From an uncultured Verrucomicrobiota bacterium (GTDB lineage: Bacteria; Verrucomicrobiota; Verrucomicrobiia; Limisphaerales; UBA9464), in NCBI GenBank assembly GCA_903907995.1, contig CAIVQH010000008.1:7220-71219 (forward strand): a stretch of DNA of 64,000 nt. The letters are read 5' to 3'. The notes beneath the pieces were generated by a model. It was not told the DNA's origin. It made no database searches and saw only the letters and a list, made by a program, of their open reading frames with translations. This document shows positions 19,156-26,552 of this stretch, in pieces. Position 1 is the first letter of the stretch; every line of letters starts with the position of its first letter. Made by a program: the position numbers and the translations under genes.

Positions 19156-19929
19156 ATGAGCCGGATGCAGGAACAGCGCTACGAGCTGAAGTATTGGATT
19201 CACGAACACACCGCCGCCCGCGTGCGCGACTACGTGCAGCAGCACCTCCTGCTCGATCCCTTCGGCGTCAACCAGCCGAACCTCAGCTATCCCGTCCACA
19301 GCCTCTACCTCGATTCCCACGGGCTCGACACCTACTGGCACACGATCAACGGCAACAAGAACCGCTTCAAGCTGCGCCTCCGCTACTACGATGACCGGCC
19401 CAATTCGCCCGTCTTCTTCGAGATCAAGCGGCGCATGAACAACATCATCCTCAAGGAACGGGGCGGTGTGAAAAAGCGGTTCGTGCCGCATCTGCTCGCC
19501 GGCCAGCTCACGGAACGCGAACACCTGCTCTCGCCGAACTCCGACGAGGATTACCTGGCCGCCCAGCATTTTCAGGAGCTGATGCTCAAGCTCAACGCCC
19601 AGCCCGCCATGCACGTTGCCTACCTGCGGGAGGCCTACGAAAAGGAGGGGGACAACTCGGTGCGCGTGACCATGGACCGGCAGGTGCTCACCGCGCCCAA
19701 TCACGAGCCGACCATGCGCGTGACCAGCGAGAATCCCTGCAACGTCTTCGGCCCGACGGTCATCCTGGAGCTCAAATTCACCGACCGCTTTCCCAACTGG
19801 TTCACCGACCTGGTGCAGACCTTCGACTGTGTGCTCACCGGTGCCGCCAAATACGCCGGCGGCATCGAGCAGAAGGGTGAGGACTGGGTGAAGCTGCCCA
19901 TGCCGAAGTGGCTGAAAGAGGCGGCGTAA
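19156..19929 (+). CDS. VTC-domain (polyphosphate polymerase-like) protein
   Basis: RYELKYWIHEHTAARVRDYV...VHSLYLDS...NRFKLRLRYYDD...VFFEIKRR is typical of the bacterial VTC domain. Confidence 0.8.
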   Translation: MSRMQEQRYELKYWIHEHTAARVRDYVQQHLLLDPFGVNQPNLSYPVHSLYLDSHGLDTYWHTINGNKNRFKLRLRYYDDRPNSPVFFEIKRRMNNIILKERGGVKKRFVPHLLAGQLTEREHLLSPNSDEDYLAAQHFQELMLKLNAQPAMHVAYLREAYEKEGDNSVRVTMDRQVLTAPNHEPTMRVTSENPCNVFGPTVILELKFTDRFPNWFTDLVQTFDCVLTGAAKYAGGIEQKGEDWVKLPMPKWLKEAA

Positions 19930-19942
19930 GCCCATTTGCTGA

Positions 19943-20887
19943 ATGAAGACACCATCATGCCTGTTGCTGCTGCTCGGTGCCATGACATGCACCCCCGGTC
20001 TCGCCGGACAGTTCGGAAGCTTCATTTATTCCGAGAGCGGTGGCAAAATCACCATTACCGGTCTGGTCAATTTTGGCACCGGTGCCACCGGGACCATTCC
20101 AGGCTCCATCAACGGCAAGCCGGTAACCGCTATCGGCGAGAGCGCCTTGGGCGGCTCGGTCTTTGAATCGGTCACCATCCCTAACAGCGTGACCACCATC
20201 GGGTATGGAGCGTTCAACGTTTCCTTTTACCTCAGTAGCCTCAATTTGGGTACGGGCGTGACCCGGATTGATGACAACGCATTTTATCTGTGCTCAAGAC
20301 TGCAGAATTTGACTCTCCCCAGCAGTCTCACAAGCGTGGGAAATTTTGCCTTCGCCAGCTGCGCTTTGAAACACGTCACGATTCCCGCCAAGCTAACCCA
20401 CATCGGAAACCTGCCGTTTGCCTACTGCAATCTGCTGACTTCCTTGTCCGTGGACCCGCTGAACCCGGTCTTCAGCGGCGACGGCATCTCCTGCTTCGAC
20501 AAGGCTAAAACCACCCTTGTCCTTTGTCCCAGCGGCTATGACGGCACGTATGTGGTTCCCGGGACGGTCACCATCATCGGAGCCAACGCGTTCGCCGGCA
20601 ACACGGTGCTGGACGATGTGGTCATCACTCCCAAAGTGACCCAGATTCAGGACGGCGCCTTTTTCTACTGCCAGCATCTAATGGGCATCCACGTGGACGC
20701 GAAGAATTCCATGTACTCCACGGTGGACGGGGTCTGTTTCGACAAGGGCGAGACAACCCTCGTCGCCTACCCGAACGGCAGGACCGGAAACTACGTCGTG
20801 CCCGACACCGTGACCATGATTGGCAACCAGGCATTTGCTGGTGCCAATCTGCTAAGGACCATTCAGCTTCCCGCACCCTCATCCTGA
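19943..20887 (+). CDS. BspA-type leucine-rich repeat protein (short paralog, probably C-terminally truncated)
   Basis: Signal peptide, LRR units (VTTIGYGAF, LTSVGNFAFASC, VTIIGANAFAG, VTMIGNQAFAG). Visibly lower GC. It starts 13 nt after the VTC gene. Confidence 0.8.
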   Translation: MKTPSCLLLLLGAMTCTPGLAGQFGSFIYSESGGKITITGLVNFGTGATGTIPGSINGKPVTAIGESALGGSVFESVTIPNSVTTIGYGAFNVSFYLSSLNLGTGVTRIDDNAFYLCSRLQNLTLPSSLTSVGNFAFASCALKHVTIPAKLTHIGNLPFAYCNLLTSLSVDPLNPVFSGDGISCFDKAKTTLVLCPSGYDGTYVVPGTVTIIGANAFAGNTVLDDVVITPKVTQIQDGAFFYCQHLMGIHVDAKNSMYSTVDGVCFDKGETTLVAYPNGRTGNYVVPDTVTMIGNQAFAGANLLRTIQLPAPSS

Positions 20888-20964
20888 CGAACGGTTCCGT
20901 GACCATCAGCGATCCGGCTTGGACGAAGTATCCGACTCGTTTCTATCGCATCCGGTTTCCCTGA
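20887..20964 (+). other. out-of-frame remnant of the LRR C-terminal tail
   Basis: The frame starting at 20887 reads TNGSVTISDPAWTKYPTRFYRIRFP*. It resembles the end of the 680-aa LRR paralog (TNSPAITADFHDPQSTNSPARFYRLRPL). Confidence 0.6.
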
Positions 20965-20979
20965 CCGGCGTGACAGTGT

Positions 20980-21462
20980 TCAGCAGCTCGTCGGCACCTG
21001 CTGGAGCACCTTGACACAGTGCGGGATCGCCCCGACGACGAAGCCCAGGCATTCCACCGCGCCGCTTGGCTTGCCGGGCAGGCAGATCACCAGCGTCTGA
21101 CCAACCACGGCGGCCAGGCTGCGCGACAGGATCGCATTGGGCGTGATCGCGAGGGATTTCATCCGCATCGCCTCGCCGAAGCCCGGGATCTCCCGGTCAG
21201 CAATTTCCCGGACGGCCTCGGGCGTGACATCGCGCAAGGCTACCCCGGTGCCCCCGGTGGTGAGAACGAGCTGGCAGCCCTGGCTGATCTGCAGGCGGAT
21301 CGCGCGCTGGATGTCGCTGCGCTCATCCGGCACCAGAGCTTCCGCCGCCACCTGCCAACCGTATCCGACCGCCGCTGCGCGCAAAGCTGGCCCCCCCAGA
21401 TCGTCGTACTGGCCGCGGGATGCCCGGTCAGAAATCGTGATGATACCGCACTGAATCAGCAT
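20980..21462 (-). CDS. mog: molybdopterin adenylyltransferase MogA
   Basis: ITISDRASRGQYDDLGGPAL, LTTGGTGVALRDVTPEA and ADREIPGFGEAMRMKSL...AILSR closely parallel E. coli MogA. Confidence 0.85.
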   Translation of the reverse strand: MLIQCGIITISDRASRGQYDDLGGPALRAAAVGYGWQVAAEALVPDERSDIQRAIRLQISQGCQLVLTTGGTGVALRDVTPEAVREIADREIPGFGEAMRMKSLAITPNAILSRSLAAVVGQTLVICLPGKPSGAVECLGFVVGAIPHCVKVLQQVPTSC

Positions 21463-21463
21463 G

Positions 21464-21554
21464 AATTTCGAATCGCGAGTTGCGAGTGTTGAAAGTGACG
21501 AGTGCCAAATTCCGAGTGCCGAGTTCGAAACTCGAAACTCGTCACTCGAAATTT
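21464..21554. repeat. nested hairpins rich in CGAGT units between accD and mog
   Basis: aatttcga (21464-21471) pairs with tcgaaatt (21547-21554). agtgacgagt (21494-21503) pairs with actcgtcact (21537-21546). cgagtt-cga-aactcg lies at 21520-21534. Confidence 0.75.
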
Positions 21555-21557
21555 GCT

Positions 21558-22520
21558 TCAGCCCGCCTGCCGGCCGGCGGTCATGAAATCGAGGTAGCCA
21601 ATGAGGCGCTCCTTCATTTCCTTGCGCGGGACGATGGCGTCGATGAGGCCGTGCTTCTCCAGAAACTCGGCCGTCTGGAATCCCTCGGGCAGGTCCGCCT
21701 GGGTGGTGTCCTTGATGACGCGCGCCCCGGCAAAGCCGATTTCGGCCTCGGGCTCGGCCAGAATGAGGTCACCTACCGTGGCAAAGCTCGCAATCACCCC
21801 GGCATACGTCGGGTCGGTGAGGATCGAGATGTACGGCAGCCGGGCACGGCCATGGTAGGCCAGTGCCGCGCAGGTCTTGGCCATCTGCATGAGGCTGAAC
21901 ATGCCCTCGTACATGCGGGCGCCACCGCTGGCAGAAATGATGATCACCGGCAGGCCGCGATCGGAGGCGGCCTCGATCAGGCGGGTCAGCTTTTCGCCCA
22001 CCACCGACCCCATGGAGCCGCCTAGAAAGGAGAAGTCCATGACGCCCAGGGCGACACGATGAGGACCGATGCGGCCGATACCGGTGACGACGGCGTCCCG
22101 CAGCATGGGCGACTTCTTGCGGTTGGCGGCCAGCTTGGCCTCGTAACTGGCGGCCCCGGTGAACTTGAGGAGGTCCACGGCCTCCATGTGGGTATCCATC
22201 TCCTCAAACGAGCAGGTCTCGACGAGGGAATGGATGCGTTCCCGGGAACCGATTGGGAAATGATAGCCGCACTTCGGGCAGACCTTGAGGTTGTCGTCCA
22301 GTTCCTTGTCGAAGATGAGCGCCTCGCATTTGCGACACTTGGTCCAAAGGCCTTCAGGCATGTCACGACGGCGTGATTTGGGTGAAAGTTTTGGCTTCGT
22401 CAGAAACGAAGTCTCCGAGCTTTTCGGCGGCGGAGTGACCGCCGGCTCGACGGGATCGGTAACGACAGACTTCTTTCTGAGCACCTTTGTGGGCATGGAC
22501 GGGGGCCGAGAGGTCGGCAT
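21558..22520 (-). CDS. accD: acetyl-CoA carboxylase carboxyltransferase subunit beta
   Basis: Zinc ribbon WTKCRKCEALIF...VCPKCGYHFPI, then the GGSMGSVVGEK and ASGGARM motifs. There is a Pro/Ser/Lys-rich N-terminal extension. Confidence 0.92.
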   Translation of the reverse strand: MPTSRPPSMPTKVLRKKSVVTDPVEPAVTPPPKSSETSFLTKPKLSPKSRRRDMPEGLWTKCRKCEALIFDKELDDNLKVCPKCGYHFPIGSRERIHSLVETCSFEEMDTHMEAVDLLKFTGAASYEAKLAANRKKSPMLRDAVVTGIGRIGPHRVALGVMDFSFLGGSMGSVVGEKLTRLIEAASDRGLPVIIISASGGARMYEGMFSLMQMAKTCAALAYHGRARLPYISILTDPTYAGVIASFATVGDLILAEPEAEIGFAGARVIKDTTQADLPEGFQTAEFLEKHGLIDAIVPRKEMKERLIGYLDFMTAGRQAG

Positions 22521-22603
22521 AAGTCGGCTAGTTGTAACAGGGGCTGGACGGCTTGACCAGCATCAGGAAAAAGGATGCCGATGCCCCCGGCAAGGCGGTT
22601 CTT

Positions 22604-24223
22604 TCAGGGCTCATGGCGGGTAAGATGCAGTGAGCCAAGGTCAAACCAGGCCTCCCCGGCATTGGCACGGATCTCCGCAACTAGTTCCACGCCGCGGGCT
22701 TCGGACAGCTCAAAGTCATGCGTCACCGGTGTCCAATCGGTGGTGGCGGCGACCGAGTTGCGGCGTGCCCCACCGCCGATCCGCAGGCCGGCCCCGCGAC
22801 CGCGATCATCCTGAACCGGGGTCAACCCGCTGGTTTTGACCCGACCGGACAGGGTGTAACGCCCCGAAGGGAGGCGGATCGGGGCGCGATAGCCGGCAAT
22901 GGTCCCACCCGAGCGAGCCACCAGGTGCAGCGCACGGCCAACATCGGGCAGGGTGACGACATCCGCCACGCCGTCACCGCTATCGGGACGCGGCAGCCAC
23001 CCACCGACGGCCAAATCGCCATGGGCGTCGAATTTCACCGGCTTCGGCCGCAGGATCAGCTGCTGTTCGACGTTCTTCACCCGCTCCATCAGGCGTGCCC
23101 GCAACTGGGCGATTTCGTTAAAGAGGCGTTCCTGCTCACCCTGATCCCGGCCAGTCATTGCCACCCGCAGACGTGCCGTGGCCCCATCCACCAGGTTGGT
23201 AATGATGGCCGCAGTGCAGACATTCGTGCTGAGCGCGGCCAAGCGGTCCAGATAGCGGTCCCGATAATCCGGCAATTCCATGAGCCGCTGGGCCACCACG
23301 CCGTTCCAGCCCGGCTCAAGCGGTTGGCCGGAATTGCCAAAAAGCTGATCCATGCCGTGGGGAATGAAGTGGAAATGGCCGCTGAGCGGATCGTGATAGA
23401 GGCGGTAGTTGTTGTGGTTGCGCGCATAGCCGTCCCAATCGTCGGTGAACGACTGGATCGCCATGAAGGTGAGGAAGCGGTCGAGATCCAGCACCTCACC
23501 CAGTTTTTGCGCCCGCTCCGCCACCGGTGCATTCACCGCCTCGCGCAGGAGTTTGAGGTCGGCATAGCTGTTGGTACCGGAGCCCACATCGCGATCCAGA
23601 TCCTGGTCGATGTCCCGCACAAAGCCACCGTCATACAGATTCCCCGGCTCGTTGGTGCCAAAAGGGAAATTTCGCCGGACGAAGACCTTGTCGTACCCCT
23701 CCTTGAGCACATATAGGCCGAGATCGCGGTCATTGAGTTTGACGATGGCGTGTGTGGTACGCGCCGTGGGCACCCCGGCCATCCGGTACATAGAGCTGGA
23801 CACCAGCTCATCCAGCCGGGTGGGATCCTGCACCGAGTTGTTGAGGTGGAGTTTGTGCAGGCCAAAGCAGTCCTGCCCCGCCTTGAACTTGCCGAAGCTT
23901 AGGGTGAGGGCCGGATTTTCGTCGACGGAGCGGGTGCTGCCGGCCGCCCCTTTGACATGCACGGCCACAGAATCGAAGACGTTCGTGCCCACGATGACCG
24001 TGGCGGGAACGGCCTTCCTCGGGTCCTGCCGGAGCGACGCGACGAAGTTGGAGGCGATGCGGACCTCGAACGTCTGGATCGGCCCGGCAAAGAACTGCGT
24101 GGCCTCCCGATCGAGGATCTGCTCCCGCGTCACCGGCGCGCCCTGCTGACGGCAGCCAGTAGCCAGCAGCAGGGGCAGCAGAATCAGGCAGGCGACAAGG
24201 CGCATGGGCGAGGTGGACTGCAA
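22604..24223 (-). CDS. CotH-family atypical kinase-like secreted protein
   Basis: Lipoprotein-like leader (LLLATGC). LHLNNSVQDPTRLDELVSSSMYRMAGVP, LGLYVLKEGYDK, NLYDGGF and HNNYRLYHDPLSGHFHFIPHGMDQLFG. Confidence 0.8.
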   Translation of the reverse strand: MQSTSPMRLVACLILLPLLLATGCRQQGAPVTREQILDREATQFFAGPIQTFEVRIASNFVASLRQDPRKAVPATVIVGTNVFDSVAVHVKGAAGSTRSVDENPALTLSFGKFKAGQDCFGLHKLHLNNSVQDPTRLDELVSSSMYRMAGVPTARTTHAIVKLNDRDLGLYVLKEGYDKVFVRRNFPFGTNEPGNLYDGGFVRDIDQDLDRDVGSGTNSYADLKLLREAVNAPVAERAQKLGEVLDLDRFLTFMAIQSFTDDWDGYARNHNNYRLYHDPLSGHFHFIPHGMDQLFGNSGQPLEPGWNGVVAQRLMELPDYRDRYLDRLAALSTNVCTAAIITNLVDGATARLRVAMTGRDQGEQERLFNEIAQLRARLMERVKNVEQQLILRPKPVKFDAHGDLAVGGWLPRPDSGDGVADVVTLPDVGRALHLVARSGGTIAGYRAPIRLPSGRYTLSGRVKTSGLTPVQDDRGRGAGLRIGGGARRNSVAATTDWTPVTHDFELSEARGVELVAEIRANAGEAWFDLGSLHLTRHEP

Positions 24224-24256
24224 GCCCCGTGCCCATGTTCACGGTTTGCCGCGAAT

Positions 24257-24808
24257 TTACACGGGCGCCGGCATCATCCCCACCTTGCGGGCGTACTCGA
24301 AGATGCCGCCGGCCTCCACCACCGGGCGCACCTCGCCGAGCGGCTTCAGCGCGTAAACCTTGCCGGTGCCCTCGTGCGTGATGGTGTTGGCATCAATGTC
24401 CACCGTGGCCACGTCGCCCGTCTTGAAGATGTCACAGAGCCGTTCCACGCACTCGACGGGATAGACCTCGCCCGTCGCCACACAGTTGCGGAAGAAGATG
24501 CGCGCGAAGCTCTCGGCGACGACGGTCTGCGTGTTGGCCGCCCCCAGCGCGATGGGCGCGTGCTCGCGGGAGCTGCCGCAGCCAAAATTGCGCCCGCCGA
24601 TGAGGATGGGGTAGTCGGTGTCCATCGCCCCGGGCTTCACGAAGCGCACGGGGTAGAGCGAGTCGGGCAGGCCATCCATCGCGTAGCTGCCGAGCTTCTC
24701 GTATTCTTCCGTGATCGTCGGAACGAGATTCAGGTACTTCGCCGAGATGATCTGGTCGGTGTCGATGTTGTCGCGGACGACGTAAACCGGGCCGGTGAAC
24801 TTGCTCAT
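24257..24808 (-). CDS. leuD: 3-isopropylmalate dehydratase small subunit
   Basis: MSKFTGPVYVVRDNIDTDQIISAKYL...GGRNFGCGSSREHAPIAL. The start was trimmed to the ATG at 24808. There is no adjacent leuC. Confidence 0.88.
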   Translation of the reverse strand: MSKFTGPVYVVRDNIDTDQIISAKYLNLVPTITEEYEKLGSYAMDGLPDSLYPVRFVKPGAMDTDYPILIGGRNFGCGSSREHAPIALGAANTQTVVAESFARIFFRNCVATGEVYPVECVERLCDIFKTGDVATVDIDANTITHEGTGKVYALKPLGEVRPVVEAGGIFEYARKVGMMPAPV

Positions 24809-24926
24809 GTCGCCCGTAAGATGCGAAACGCGGAGCCGCCAAACAACTTTTTTGCAATGGTCCCTTCCCGGCGGTGGAATTCCCTTGCGGCACCGGCGCG
24901 TGACGGGTGTCAATTCCATCCGTCCC

Positions 24927-25790
24927 ATGAAACGTTTCCTCCCTGTCGCTGTCTGCGCGCTCGCGCTTCTTTCCGGCTGTGCCACCAAGCCCACCGTTGG
25001 CACTGGCAAATCGTTCAAGGGCCCGGTCGGGCTCCAGCTCTACTCCCTGCGGGCCCAGTTCACCAGGAACGTGATGCAGGGCCTCGAAATCACCAAGGGC
25101 TATGGCATCCACGACGTGGAACTCGCCGGCACCTACAACCAGCGCCCGGAATTGTTTCGCCAGACGCTGCTCGCTGCCGGCCTGAACCCGGTGAGCGCAC
25201 ATTTCGACTTCACCCGCTACCGGGATAACCCCGAGGGCGTGGCCGAAGACGCGCAGAAGCTGGGCCTGAAATACTCCGGCCTCGCGTGGATTCCCCACAC
25301 CGGCGCCTTCGACGAGCAGACCTGCCGTGCCGCCGCCGCGGTGTTCAACCATGCCGGCCAAGTGCTGGCGAAATCGGGCATCCGCTTCTTCTATCACGTC
25401 CACGGCTACGAGTTTCAGCCCTACGGCAAGGGCACCCTGCTCGACCTGCTGATAAAGGAGACCGATCCCAAGTACGTCACCTTCCAGATGGACACCACCT
25501 GGATCTATTACCCCGGCCAGGATCCCGTCGCCTGGCTGAACAAGTATCCGGACCGCTGGGAGCTGATGCACATGAAGGACCTCAAGCAGGGGGTCGCCCG
25601 CGGTGCGCTCACGGGCAACACCGATGTGAACAACGATGTTCCCCTCGGCACCGGCCAGCTCGACTGGCCCGCCATCCTCAAGACCGCCAAAAAGATCGGC
25701 ATCAAGTACTACTTCATCGAGGACGAGTCCGCCGCCGCTCCGCAACAGATTCCGCAGAGCTTGCGCTACCTCGAACAGGTAAGCTGGTAA
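24927..25790 (+). CDS. sugar phosphate isomerase/epimerase (xylose isomerase-like TIM barrel), lipoprotein leader
   Basis: MKRFLPVAVCALALLSGC leader. LQLYSLR, VELAGTY and KYYFIEDES are typical of the family. Confidence 0.8.
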   Translation: MKRFLPVAVCALALLSGCATKPTVGTGKSFKGPVGLQLYSLRAQFTRNVMQGLEITKGYGIHDVELAGTYNQRPELFRQTLLAAGLNPVSAHFDFTRYRDNPEGVAEDAQKLGLKYSGLAWIPHTGAFDEQTCRAAAAVFNHAGQVLAKSGIRFFYHVHGYEFQPYGKGTLLDLLIKETDPKYVTFQMDTTWIYYPGQDPVAWLNKYPDRWELMHMKDLKQGVARGALTGNTDVNNDVPLGTGQLDWPAILKTAKKIGIKYYFIEDESAAAPQQIPQSLRYLEQVSW

Positions 25791-25903
25791 CCAGCTGCCG
25801 GTCAGTCACCGACCAGTTTCTTGTCGGCCGCAGAGCAGCCGCTTCTGCGTCCGGGTGATTCATCGCTTGTCTGGGCGGTGTCTCCGCCTAGTCTCGCGCG
25901 CGC

Positions 25904-26470
25904 ATGACCACGCAGGAAGCCCTTGATCTGTTCCGTTCGACCGGCGCGCTGTTGGAAGGCCACTTCATCCTCCGCAGCGGGCTCCACAGCCGGCAATTTT
26001 TCCAATGCGCCCTGGCCCTCCAGCAGATGCCGCTGGTGGAACGGTTCGGCGCCGCCCTCGCCGAGAAAACCCGGCAATTGGGAGCCGTCACCGTGGTTTC
26101 TCCGGCAATGGGCGGCCTGGTCATCGGTCAGGAAGTGGCGCGGCAGCTGCGGCTGCGTTTTATCTTCGTCGAAAAGGAGGAGGGCAAACTGGTGCTCCGC
26201 CGCGGCTTCAAGATCGCCCCGGGCGAGAAATGCCTGATTGTCGAGGACGTGGTGACCAAGGGCGGCCGGGTGCAGGAGACGGTGGAGATAGTCCGGCAAA
26301 ACGGCGGCCACGTGGTCGGCGTCGCGATGGTGGTGGATCGCTCCAACGGCACCGTAGATTTTGCCATGCCGGCCCAGAGCCTCATCCGGCTCAATGTCGA
26401 AGCCTTTCCTGCCGATCAGCTCCCGGCAGACCTGGCGGCCATTCCGGCCGTCAAACCCGGCAGCAAATGA
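25904..26470 (+). CDS. pyrE: orotate phosphoribosyltransferase
   Basis: GHFILRSGLHSRQFFQ and the PRPP-binding loop CLIVEDVVTKGG. Confidence 0.9.
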   Translation: MTTQEALDLFRSTGALLEGHFILRSGLHSRQFFQCALALQQMPLVERFGAALAEKTRQLGAVTVVSPAMGGLVIGQEVARQLRLRFIFVEKEEGKLVLRRGFKIAPGEKCLIVEDVVTKGGRVQETVEIVRQNGGHVVGVAMVVDRSNGTVDFAMPAQSLIRLNVEAFPADQLPADLAAIPAVKPGSK

Positions 26471-26494
26471 TCCGCTGACCGGTTACAGAAAAGG

Positions 26495-26531
26495 AAAAAG
26501 GCCTTTGCCAGTCGCTGGCAAAGGCCTTTTT
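26495..26531. terminator. bidirectional rho-independent terminator
   Basis: aaaaaggcctttgccag-tcg-ctggcaaaggccttttt is a perfect 17-bp stem with A/T runs on both sides. It lies between convergent pyrE and the S8 protease gene. Confidence 0.9.
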
Positions 26532-26552
26532 GTACGGTCAACTGCCCCCGCC

